From Phoronis australis (Eukaryota > Animalia > Phoronida): 64,000 nucleotides of DNA. The position numbers and the translations under genes were made by a program. This document shows positions 37,724 to 49,701 of this stretch, piece after piece (the stretch's first letter is position 1; the number at the start of each line of letters is the position of its first letter). The notes under the pieces were generated by a model. That model saw only the letters and a program-made list of their open reading frames with translations. It did not search any database and was not told where the DNA came from. The stretch lies in the NCBI GenBank assembly GCA_002633005.1, contig NMRA01000074.1, positions 423,275-487,274 of the forward strand, written 5' to 3'.

Positions 37724-37989
37724 CATCCGTGTTTGGCCTTGGGAACCTGGTGTACTAACCGATATTACCCGACCTGGGAATCGTCCAATCGAACAAGAAG
37801 AAACCCCGATAAAACCACAGGCGTCCTCAGCTTCTGATCGTCCCCAATACACTACATATAATACTAGTATTATATGTAGTGTATTGGGGACGATCAGAAG
37901 CTGAGGACGCCTGTGGATAAAACCAGCATGCGTTATTGCTAGTAACCATTCAGCTAATAAGCAATTGCCCATTATTGAGTGGCTAACAC
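37724..37989 (-). mobile_element. Degraded tRNA-headed short element (related to 39209-39345), interrupted by the palindromic insertion
   Basis: Shares AGCTGAATGGTTA (A-box-like), ..CGATTCCC (B-box-like) and the GTTAGCCACTC end with the 39.2-kb copy. Confidence 0.6.
37816..37915. mobile_element. 100-bp spacerless perfect palindrome (terminal 50 bp of the foldback element x2) with 8-bp TSD GATAAAAC
   Basis: CACAGGCG...TATAATACT|AGTATTATA...CGCCTGTG has 50/50 pairing. GATAAAAC occurs at 37808-37815 and 37916-37923. Confidence 0.95.
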
Positions 37990-37996
37990 GCTGATT

Positions 37997-38444
37997 TGCT
38001 GTACGTGAACTTGGAATCCCACTTAATCTCAAGATTAAGCGGAGGGGAGTGTTGCGTGAACTTCGAGTTGGAGTAGTACGACATTAGTACGTGATGCAAC
38101 TTGACAAGTTCACTCAAATAATCACGTTCATGTTCATAAAAATTTGCAATGCACTAAATCAAGTTACATTTGAATAAAATAATGTCTAACCAAACTTTTC
38201 AACTACAGGCGATCAGTTTCACCGAACAACAATTGATTTAGTCATTCACATATTCCTCCGGTTCAGCGACACAAGTCGGTAAAGATGAAAATGGTTGATC
38301 GCGACGCCAATAATTACAAAAATTGTTTTCGCCGAACAAAAATTTCACCTTTTTGCCATAAAAGAATATTCAATTCCAAGTTCATGCAACACTCACTTCC
38401 GCTTAATCTTGAGATTAAGCAAGATTCCAAGTTCATGCACAGCA
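37997..38444. mobile_element. MITE with ~70-bp imperfect TIRs (possibly PIF/Harbinger-derived)
   Basis: 37998-38068 is the reverse complement of 38373-38443. Each arm contains repeated TGAACTTGGAAT and a CTTAATCT..AGATTAAG palindrome. The superfamily assignment is inference. Confidence 0.7.
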
Positions 38445-39208
38445 GCTCACCGGAAGCACAACATTCCCCCCTTTCGTACGGCTATTGTAACAGCGTTTTA
38501 GGAATCCACAAATGGGCCTGTGCAGTATATGGATTTAACCTGGTTTTGCTGAAGTCATCCGCATATAGTGCAAATCAACCTAACGCGCAGCATAGTGCCA
38601 CCAGAAAGGTGAACACAAGATGTCTCGTACACTGGTCATCAACCTCCCTTAGCACTGTGGCAGGCTGGCACCCCAAAGTGATGCGTGCGCCAAACTGATT
38701 TGATGAAGTTCATGCATGATACCTGTGCCAAAGTTGAAGCTACGATAGTTCTCAGCTTACAGCCAGTGGTTAATGGATTTTATATTCTTATTAGATTCGA
38801 AATTGACAACAATTAATGTGATTGATGCATACTAAGTTTCTCGGGACACTTCCCCCATGTGATAAATCCATATGACCTAGCACTCACTGTGATCAATTTT
38901 GGTTCTGATACCAGTAAGCGTTAAAAATTCATAAACCACCCGCGGTAATTTGGGAACTTACGGTAGTGTCAGTTAGGTGCAGACATCTGTTTGGCTCACC
39001 AACCCGCAACAAATTGAAGTGTGCCAAATCAGTTTTGCACAGGCTTCAGATTGGGCTGCCACACCCATACAACACAGGTGAACACAAGCTAGGTTGCCTC
39101 TGATCATACGGGTCTTCGACTCCTGGAATTTTTAGCATCATCATATGTCATGCGTGCCATCCGAGGTTCATAGGTACCAGTTGGCAGTGTTTTGTTTGTA
39201 GATCATCC

Positions 39209-39345
39209 GTTAGCCAACTACGCCAGATGTAGTAAAAACCAAGATTACGCGACCCGGGAATCGAACCAGTGGCCCCGCTAAAACCGGCAAGCGTGCTCAG
39301 TAACCATTCAGCTTATTGAAAATTATTCGTCAGCGAGTGGCTAAC
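39209..39345 (-). mobile_element. tRNA-headed short element with short inverted terminal duplication
   Basis: Minus strand has an A-box-like AGCTGAATGG and a B box GGTTCGATTCCC (39256-39267). Ends are GTTAGCCA...TGGCTAAC. Confidence 0.7.
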
Positions 39346-40188
39346 ACAGGCCTATATTATTTACCAGAAACACATCTACAAAAACAACCGTGTGTTCCTG
39401 AAAGTCTTACTAGCCAGCCAGCCAACTGCATTAACACAAGCATCCAGCTGGGATGGATGTGTGTAAATTTCAGTTATATAGACCTAGAAATTTCACACTA
39501 ATTAGTTCTGCTCATCACCTTGTCACTAAGTTTGACTAAACTTATATCAACATGTAGCTAATGTCAAAATACAGTGAGAAACTGTTCATGTGGCGAACTT
39601 CGAAACCTTGAAATTTCACTTAGCTGGGGTAGTTGTGCTCTTCACTACAAGCGGGCTTGCATGTAAAATAGAAGTCAACAGAAACTCGCATTGCCCGTTA
39701 CATTCATGTGAAAAACGATCTAGAAACATCATTTCTTGCATAATTCTCTGGCTTTTGTTACAAAGAAAAGTCTCGTTGAAAGACGGGTTGTGGTTGGTCC
39801 ACAGACATAGTACGTAGCTGAATTGACTGCTTAAAGGGGTTATTAACCCTTATTCCGCTGAAGAATTTAACTTTTGATTTAGACCACCTAACGCTATGTA
39901 ATTGGTCTCAATTCATTCCTTACTTAGAAAGGAAAGTGATTTCTGGGTTTGCAAGGAAGTTTGTTATTGCATGAGTCTGTTTTCGGCAAATAAAATGGCA
40001 CGCTGACACAATCAAGTTGCAGATCCTAGTCTCGAGCAATAAAGAACTGTCGGTTCAGGCCCTGAAATCTGTCAAGTTTGAATTGGGAGCAATTTCGTAA
40101 TGATTAATGCTTTAAATCAAAGTGATGTTTCTTGTGATAGAAGGCGGGCTTATAGATGATTTAAATGCAGTTGTAATTGTACATTCAG

Positions 40189-43100
40189 GAAAAGAAACTG
40201 TCAGCAGCTGCAAAACAAAGATTGGCGAGGCGTAAGAAATGGTGGGACGAGCACAATAAGAATACAAGCGAGACCAAAAAGAAATCCAGCAGTGACGATC
40301 AACATGGTAATTTTTTCAGCTGACACTACTTCTCAAGGTGAAACTGATACAGCCAGCAACGAATCTATGCACAAAAGTGACACTCTACATCTGTTTAATG
40401 TTCACAGGAATCTATTTTTTTAATTCTGGCTTTAAGAACATGAAAACCTGTGTCAGTTATTTGCCTAATATTTATCAGAAATCAGGTCTGCTTACCCAGA
40501 CTAAAAGAGACAATGGTTTGGGGCAAAGCGTCTAGTTGAGAAGATACCAAACCCTGTTTTGATGATTTCAGCCAATGCTCGTTCTGTCACCTGCTAATGA
40601 GTCATTTGTGTCAATCTTCCAAGTTTATGACGGGAATAAACTACATGTATCTCACAATTTGGATGTAATAGTCCTTGATGGGTGGTCTTTTCCCACAGTT
40701 GCAATGTAATTTGTTAAAAGCTTAGGTCATGCTTGCCAGTTTAGCAAGCTTTGAAAGGATTTTTTAAATTTTCCTCCAAACTTTTGAGATTTGCCAAGAG
40801 TTGCAGAGCATGATTTTGTATCAGAGAACTGGATAGGCCAAAACCGAGTTTGGTGTCCTTTTAATTAGAGACTAAAATTTAACAAAAGTGATCTTTGATT
40901 AGGACAAAGTTTATCTCGTTGCTACATTTTTTGCATTAACTTTAGGTATGGACTGCCAGAGTTCTGCTGAAGTCTGTCCGATTTATTTGTAAAACTGCCC
41001 TGCATTGTTTCATTGCCAATAGCGTGGTGGCATGCTTGTAGCATTCTTGCTAAAGTTCCACACAGTTGATGGTTGGGTATTGGCACCTTGGAGTCATGCA
41101 TTCAGACAATTGTACAAGTTCAGTTGTTTCTGCAGCAGTCAAACTGTTCGAAAATTTTTTGTTAATTTGCCTGTCTATGAAAGAGGTTCGAATTTTAACT
41201 CATTCATGCGATGACTTGAAAAAGCACAAAATGTTAGGTTTGGATACCTGAGGCAAAGTCGATGAGGAATTGTGTCCAGAGGGGGGTGTTTGGTGCTATT
41301 GGTGGTGAGGGGGAGATTCTTTCATCACCTGAAGAAGGCGCATACACCATTCAATGGAACTAGGGTTCTGATTACAGATTTCAATAGTCCGTTGTTCGGT
41401 CACACAATAAACAATCGGCATTTAGACCCACATCTTTACGTTGATTTTTATCAGTTCATATCAGGCTGATGATGATAAATGGTCGTCAGTTTGGTATCAG
41501 TTTGGTCATTCATTGCAGCATTCATGGAAAATATGTTTTGATCATTTGTCTTGTGATTGTGTGGTAAAAAAATCACGTAAATTATCTCGACTGATGAAAA
41601 TCCCTGCATGACAAATTATATCAACCATTTAAATGAATTCGTATCAGCCATGTATATCATATATATACATATACATATATATATATACCATTCTTGGGAA
41701 TTCATAGCTGAAATGGTTGATACGAGTTCAAATAAAATAATCTTTTATCATAAATTATGGTCATCAGACTTATGTGCTTTTGGAGTTATTAACTGAACTA
41801 TTTTGAATATGATGCTCTAGTCACTTTGGGGAAATGAAGAACTGATATTGACATAGTTTCAAGTTTTGATTACCCTTCAGTGCATGCTTCAGTGGTTTTT
41901 GCTCTGCAGATATGAAGTCTTGTTTGAGCAAAACTAGCACAGTTGGGTCAGGTTGGTGTGTTTTTTTGAAAATTGATGGGTATTTTTGTTGTACATACAA
42001 TATAAGCCAAAAGTGTTCAGGCATAATGACCAGAATTCCCTGTCATGACAGCTGGGCAGAATCTGAAGTCACTGTCAAGAGCAGCCTTCTTTCAGGATTA
42101 AGAGTGTACAGGAAAGTTAGTAAAACCGTGGCTAAGCCATTCAGTAAATAGAAGTTTGCCGCCTTGATGGTTATTTCCAGTCATTTTTGCTTTAAACAGA
42201 ATTAGCTGCCATGATAAGTAAACAGTATTTTATCTGGTTACTTTTGTCTTTTATTGTACTTTCAAAAAGTCACCTGATACCACCTGAAATGGGTAGGGAT
42301 CCATCTTAAACTTTGTTAAACTGCCTGATGTCAGCTTTGAGGCGCACGTTCCAAAATGAGTCCGGCACGGGCCAGAACCAGTATAATATGCTATTTTTGG
42401 TGAAGTTATTATCATTTTACTCTCGCATTACAGAACCAAAAAGGAGAAAAGTTGAAAAATTGAAAAAAGAAGCAAATGATAATGAAAACCCTTGGAAAAA
42501 AGCTTTGGCACAAAGACAAACAGAAAATGATAACTGTGGCTCGGAAAAGGAGGTAGTAAACACTGAATGTGTTACGAGGACACCTGGTGGTCAGGATGAA
42601 AGAGCAGTTGAAAGGTCAGAAGCAGAAAGCGGTGCATTGTGTGTACGGAAAACGACCACAGGGAAGAAGACCAAGAGTAAAAAGGAACAAAAGAAATACG
42701 TTCTATTCATTGGCAATCTGCCATACAGTGTGACAAAGGTTGACTTGGAAGATCATTTCATAAGAACAGGTTAAGTTAGTGATTCATTTTGGTGTACATT
42801 CAAGAAAACTGATAAAAACATTCTTGAAAATCAACAAAATTTTGGAAAAAAAAATTTGTGTCTATTCAACAATTTACAATTTTTTTCAAATTTCCTTTGT
42901 TATTTTCTTTATGTCATTGACCACTTTCAATATTTTTTTTCAAAAGTGTAATATTCGTTCTCAGCTGAAGGTATTTCTTAGAAAAACTTGAAAGGTAAAT
43001 GTTGTTAAGACTGCAGATGGTAGTTCAGTTCTGTCTCATTTTAAATGTAATTTGAAATGATCATGGTTTAACGTCTTGACGTACGTGAATGTTGTTTAAG

Positions 43101-46100
43101 TTATACTCTTTTCACTTTGTTTCTATCAAATACATCATGAAAAGAATTTGAATTGGCAGGAAAAAATGTAAATTCAGGCAAGACTGTAATTTATGAAATG
43201 ACTGTTATTTTACTGCTGTTTTTCTATTGACAAAATTTCCTGTGTTCTAAACTGGTGACAGTACAGGAAACAGTGTCTTATTTAAAACTGTTTAAAATAG
43301 GCAAGTCATCTCAAGGAAATACATTAAGTGAGAAATGTATTCACTTACACTTGGGCGCTTGTGATTTGTCCACTTTTGCTTCGAGTCTCGAGTAAGATTT
43401 GGTGGTTACGTGCCCTGATGTTGAAGATTTCTTATAAACTTACACCAACTCAGGTGTTAGTGGCATCAAACTGTTACCAAACAAATCATATTTCCTCTTA
43501 GACTTGTTCCTGAATATCTTGTCACAGGTAAGATTTGCACCCGACTTCCCAGTTGCAATGTATTGTGAACAGAGCATGACAATATTGTAATTTTGATTCG
43601 CTCCAGGAGGTGTAGAAAATGTCAGACTCCCAACAGACAAAAACTCAGGGAAACCTAGAGGTTTTGCATACATAGAGTTCAAGGACAAGCAAAGCCACTC
43701 TGTGAGTATGGTAGCTAAGTCCTAGCTTTGTCATGTACTGGTGTAGGATTTTTAAGGACTCACCAACTGCACTCAGATCCAATTGTTGGTGGATTGGTAT
43801 TCAAATTTTATTCATTACTGAAATTCGTCCGTGTTGTCCACAGTGCATGCAGTCTAGGTAATACAAAGTTGGTTTTAAGTGATGAGCTGTCATCTGTAAT
43901 TATAAAACGGCAAAGTATTACTAACAAAACCAAAGAGGAGCTGATGCTTGGGAATTTTTCCTAATCCAGACAATAGACATTTCGACATAATCGAGAACTT
44001 CCTTAAGTTGGGACGTGTCTTGACCGTGATAGATTAGAGTTTGTTCAAAATCAGACAAACTGATAGGAACTTTAAAATATATTTAATTTTATCTTTTTCA
44101 CTGCTAAATGTTTACATGGTGTTTAGACATTTGCCGTAACAGGTTTGGTTAAATGTTTCGTGAATCCTGAATTTTGTTTTGCATATTGTAATAAAAATGA
44201 GTCTTCCTTCAGTTTTCAAAAAAGTTAATCAGATTTCTTCTTGCAGAAAATTTAGTGAAATTTCAAATTAAAAAGTTCTGGCTGGTTTTCAAACAATGTT
44301 TTGTCTGACTTTCATCTAAGCTTTCGTCATAACTTAGACAAAACCAGACTAATTTTGATGAAATTTAATTAGTTATTAACATTTTTAAAGCTAGTAAGGT
44401 AGAGGCTGCTTAATGTCATAACCTTGGGTCCAACATAAATTATGATAATAAGCTGGATATTCCATTAAGAATGTTTTGACTTGACTGTGATTGTAACCAC
44501 TTGTAATCTTGCTGAGTGGAAAGTCTCGGAGTTATATAATGAGAGTATGTATGAACAGGAAACGACTGATTTTTAGCCCCGTCACTGAGATGTGATAATT
44601 AATGGCAAAGGAATTTACGAAAGTTTATATTAGTTTTAGACGTAGAAGTTGAGGTACTCGTGCTAAAAAGTGAATGAGAATCAAATAAAATTGCTCATTT
44701 GTTAAATACAGTATCCAGGAATATGGCAATAAATTTTTTCATAGTGTGACTTGTTTTGGATTCAGTCGGAAATGATTTGTTTTTTGACATTTCGTGACGG
44801 TAACTATGGGAGTACTTTATTATCCAGTATGATATCAACTGGGCTCCACTATTCTGTATTTAGGCCAGGAATCATGTCAATGACATTAGAAGCTTTTCAG
44901 TTTCTTGCTGATTTCCGTCCTGAATCTGATGATAACATAAATAGTGCTTCTGTCTTTTGGTTGGTCCTCACTGCCATCTCAATACTGTAGCTTCACCCAT
45001 GCGTAAACTTAAGGCCGACATCGAAAATTTTGCTATTATTTTTACCTAATAATTTACTGGTAATCCTACAATTGAAGGATTTTGGTACAAAAAACTGGTG
45101 TGGTCACAGATTTTGTAAACTTCCAGTATTGCTGTTAAGATACTAGACGGTTTGCATTTCTGGTGTGAGCATGCCAAGAATTTTGCTATGACACTTGGCT
45201 TTCCTCAGTTTCCAACTGTTGGTTTATGACCCTTTATAATTGCAGCACTATGCTATGAAGTGGAATACTGGCTGTTAACTACTTTCTAGTTTTAGGTTAT
45301 TAATTAAGTCAAGTCTCTTGTCATATTTTCAAAATTCAAAAACATGCACAATATGTACTTTTCACGAACTATGTAAATAATTATAATTCTATTTAAAAAC
45401 CTTTCAAAATGAATAAAAATACCCTTGTCAAACCCAGTGTTTGCAATTGTGTTTATGATGGGCAATGTAGCTCCTGATTACCCATTGGCAAGTTAATCTC
45501 CAATAAATGATAACATCAGCTGAAAGTGTGTGGTTTCTTTGAAGATAGCTGCAGATTTTAAGACTTTAGTGAACCAGTCGAGTTGCCCAAACTCNGAAGA
45601 TTTCTTATAAACTTACACCAACTCAGGTGTTAGTGGCATCAAACTGTTACCAAACAAATCATATTTCCTCTTAGACTTGTTCCTGAACATCTTGTCACAG
45701 GTAAGATTTGCACCCGACTTCCCAGTTGCAATGTATTGTGAACAGAGCATGACAATATTGTAATTTTGATTCGCTCTAGGAGGTGTAGAAAATGTCAGAC
45801 TCCCAACAGACAAAAACTCAGGGAAACCTAGAGGTTTTGCATACATAGAGTTCAAGGACAAGCAAAGCCACACAGTGAGTATGGTAGCTTGTCATATTTT
45901 CAAAATTCAAAAACATGCACAATATGTACTTTTCACGAACTATGTAATTCTATTTAAAAACCTTTCAAAATGAATAAAAATACCCTTGTCAAACCCAGTG
46001 TTTGCAATTGTGTTTATGATGGGCAATGTAGCTCCTGATTACCCATTGGCAAGTTAATCTCCAATAAATGATAACATCAGCTGAAAGTGTGTGGTTTCTT

Positions 46101-46498
46101 TGAAGATAGCTGCAGATTTTAAGACTTTAGTGAACCAGTCGAGTTGCCCAAACTCGACCGATGAGATGTCAACACAGGACTCTTTCCATGACTGTTGTAA
46201 TTTCATTAGCAAAACAAAGGACTCTGTCAAGATATTGCAGAACCTCTAGTGGTACCCCCTTCCCAAACTGGGCTGAGTCTTTGTTGCGGGCAAACCTCAT
46301 TATTGTGTTTTTCTGTTGTGTTTGCAGCATGCTTTGAGGCTACACCACACGGAGTTGAAAGGAAGGAAAATCAATGTCGAGTTCACGTCCATCGGTGGAA
46401 AGTCAAAGAACAGACTGGACAAGCTCAAACAAAAAAATAAGTCTATGGAACGATTCAAACAGTTTCCTGGCTCTCCAGATGAGAAAGAGAAGAACTAG
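40189..46498 (+). CDS. Single-RRM RNA-binding protein, Nop6-like (nucleolar); start-codon exon not located
   Basis: Phase-consistent exons 40189-40306, 42434-42769, 43607-43701 (or its duplicate 45780-45874) and 46328-46498. Lys-rich N-terminus, RNP2 LFIGNL, RNP1 RGFAYIEF, then ALRLHHTELKGRKINVEFTSIGGKSKNRLDKLKQKN, which closely resembles the Nop6-type RRM C-terminus. Confidence 0.88.
41590..41767. repeat. Degenerate inverted repeat around a (TA)-rich centre (MITE-like), intronic
   Basis: TATCAACCATTT/AAATGGTTGATA and CTGATGA/TCATCAG pairs are symmetric around about 41675. Confidence 0.5.
43423..46155. repeat. Duplication around the N at 45595 (43423-45594 vs 45596-46155) with a ~1.6-kb indel (43717-45318); duplicates the RNP1 exon
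   Basis: 45596-45889 matches 43423-43716 and 45890-46155 matches 45319-45594. Copy 2 begins right after the N. Confidence 0.88.
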
Positions 46499-48243
46499 GG
46501 ACATCTGTGAGGATTCTGAGATGACAAAACCAAATTTAGAGAGGCTCTAGGTTTTGACTTGGGTTTTCAAGCATTTCAAGCTGTTGTGAGTCTGGTTTTC
46601 TGGCAAAAATAGTTTAATTTTGACTACATATTTTTCTTGATGAAATTGGTCTCAATTTGTTCCTTAGTCAATTTAGAAATTGTTTCTGGATTAGGGGTTT
46701 CCTGACAGTACTGCTTGAGACCAGACCCTTGCCTTGACCCAGCATGTCATTTTATGTGTCAAAGGTAATATAGATGGCAAAATCGTCTGATTCTGAGACC
46801 AAACAATAGATGGAATAAAAGTTGGTGCATTGACCCCATTGCATTCAGCCAAGCCAACTTTTTCGAGGTTAGTCAAGATTCATGCTTACTATCTTGAAAG
46901 TTGTACTTCAATCATAACATATTCTCTGTGGGGATTTCCAAAATAAGGTCTTGCTCTTTCTTTTAGTAAAGTATGATTTTCACATCTAGGTCTTGCTAAA
47001 GCCTTCAGATATTTTCTACATGTAGGTTTTACACGTGTGACACACTTCTCCATAGGTAATTGACGTTTGCATAATCTGTAAGAATACAACTTTACATTCA
47101 ACAATTCGATCTGCAATTGCTGCTCATCAGTGTCTAAAGTTTGATGTTTGCGGTCCCTCAAAAATTAAACAATGGATAGGAACGTGATTTTGGTTTAGCA
47201 CGGATTCAAAGCAATGATGCTGCAAGATTCTGATGAGCTGAACTCAATAATTTAAGATATGTGCAGACACAGTGACTGTATTTTGAATTGTAATATGTAA
47301 TTATTAACCATAAATATTAAGAGTATTTGGTTTCAAGGAGGTTTGGTTAAACCAAAGCGTTACATGTCAAGAGATTTATTGAGACATTTCCCCAGTGTAT
47401 TAAATATTGCTATCTCCAGGGCTGGATCTAAGATGTTGCAGATAATTCTAGACTGAGATATGTTAGGTTGTTCAAAGTTGATCTTAGTTCTTCAATTTAT
47501 CGTAGTACCTATTAAATTGTAATGGCTACTTCAGGTTGTTGTTTCCTACCTCATCACGAGATTTCAATGTGCAAATCATTATCTTTTGGAGTCTTGATGT
47601 CATTTGTGTGTGGAATACAGTGAACGAATGTGTTTATTATGTAACAGTTTGCATGTTGAAGATGAATTTCAGATTTTAATGTTATATAGGGCCTTAGAAA
47701 AATTCCAATTTTGGCCAACCATCGGAACAATGTATCTGATAAATTGCCAGTCGGACTCTCATGAAACTTAAAGTTAATATGCTTTATGAATTGTCCTCCA
47801 AAACTTTGTTTAGATTTGTTTCTGAATTGTTCTACTTACGCATGAGAGGGCTTTAAGAATAGAGTTTAAATGAAAAACATTTTAAAGTTTCATAAAATGA
47901 AAACTAAACTACAATATTTTTGAGATTTTATCTAGAACATTGAGCAAATTTCTTCTGGTATTAAAATATGAGGAGAAATTTGCTCAATGTTATTGATTCT
48001 GTTGTTTTGTTATGAATGCGCCTTTCTTTTTGACTACATTTTACTAAAAAAGCACATGACCTAACTAACACCAGGTTGGTATAAAGTCAGAGATCAAATT
48101 CTTTATCTGTGCAATTACTGTTTACAGCCAACTGTTATGTCATATATCCCATGAGCGGAGTTTCGCCTTTTTCGCACGGGATTTTGACACTTATATATAC
48201 AATCAGCAATTTACCAGTATGTGTTAATGAGGTATAGTAAATA

Positions 48244-48486
48244 TATAGACGCTGAGGTTGGCCAGTAGTGAAATAAAAAACACTGAAAAATCAGAAACCC
48301 CAACTGGGAATCTAACTACAGGTCTCTAGATTGCCGGTAATTGCACAGATATTGGTCCTCAGTAGCTCAGTGGTAAGAGCACTAGACCGGCAACCTAGAG
48401 ACCTGTGGTTCGATTCCCAGTTGAGGCTCCTGATTTTTCTGTGTTTATTTGATATATTTCACTACTGGCTAACCTCAGCGTCTATA
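48244..48486 (+). mobile_element. tRNA-headed hairpin element: tRNA-like unit (48355-48428) plus tail, preceded by an inverted copy of its 3' ~95 nt
   Basis: A box TAGCTCAGTGG (48363-48373), B box GGTTCGATTCC (48407-48417) and D-stem GCTC/GAGC. 48244-48338 is the reverse complement of 48386-48486. Termini are TATAGACGCTGAGG / CCTCAGCGTCTATA. Confidence 0.8.
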
Positions 48487-49521
48487 ATTCTTTGACATTT
48501 CTACTTTCAGAAAATGTATACTTTTGCTGAGTTAAACCTACTGTTTTGTAGATATGTTGCTGAATGTATAGTCTTGTCGTTAAGGTCCTGCGTGGAATGT
48601 CAGACTAATTGAGATCTTAGGTCTGTTTGTTTTAATGGATGTATTTGTATTGGTCCAACATGGCACAGATTCATGAGCTTGCTGAGTGAGCCATATGAAT
48701 ACACCGTAAAAAGTTCTTGCATTTGGCATCGAAGAGATGAGTGACATTGTGTAACAGGACACAAACGTGGTTTCTTTGTAGCTGTATACTTTGGGCCTTT
48801 CACCTTGTATACTGAATAAATGATTCTTGAATGTTAGGGTATTCTGAGCTCAATTGAACATGATACATAAGACAATATTTTACAGTTTGGAATTGTTGTT
48901 CATCAAACAAGATTCAGTTTTGTGAGCAGCTTGACAAAAACACATTTTCATTTAAGGTGATGATAAACCTCGAAAATGTCAAACTCTTGTTTACTTGGAA
49001 CAAATTTTCTCCGAAATGGTGATTGCCTGTGATATCCATGACTAAGAAACCCAGGTCTTAAAAAATGAATATCCCTTTTGTTTTAAGTGTTCTTTGGAAT
49101 GTCCTTTTGGAACTGTTGAAGGTAGAATTTTTATGTAGCCTTTGTTTGCTTTTATAAACATTTCAGTGAAAATATGCAAGTACCTGACCAGCTTAAAATG
49201 CTAATTGTGATCCACTGACTTGCATAGCTTCTAATTTTTCCTGGTAAATTTTGCTTTTGAGCATGTCACAAAATTTTGATAGATCTTGGAACTGCCTTTG
49301 TTCAAAAAATGTAAGTTTAAAAGTTACTCTGTGCACACACAGCCCATGCCCACAAATCTCACTAGGGTAAAACTCAATTAAGCCAGGAGCTTAGGCGCAT
49401 ACGCTTATGTACGAGGCGTTTTAGTAGAAAAATCTTGTGCAAAAGCCCATTTTAAAACACTTATACATAACTTTCCACGATTACGCTGTCTCCTGGTTGA
49501 AGTTTAGAGGGTATGTGTTAC

Positions 49522-49701
49522 CGCGTTGACCAGTTTTTATATTTTTTCAAGTACCGATATTGTGTTATAATTAACCGATAGGTCAGTGGACTAGATAAAG
49601 CGGGCCGCGTACGGTTAGCAGGAAGTCCCCGGTTTGAACCACGGTCGGGGCAGAGATCTTTTCAGACTTATAACTACAGGTCACGTGATGTGACCAACGT
49701 G
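49522..49701 (+). mobile_element. Degenerate tRNA-headed short element
   Basis: TAGGTCAGTGG (A-box-like), GGTTTGAACC (B-box-like) and tail TGACCAACGTG with a weak inverse CGCGTTGACCA upstream. Confidence 0.4.

Noticed and set aside
48355-48428. Functional tRNA gene (GGC anticodon)
   Set aside because: C instead of U at position 33, imperfect anticodon, T and acceptor stems, and embedded in an inverted-repeat element. Treated as a tRNA-derived repeat.
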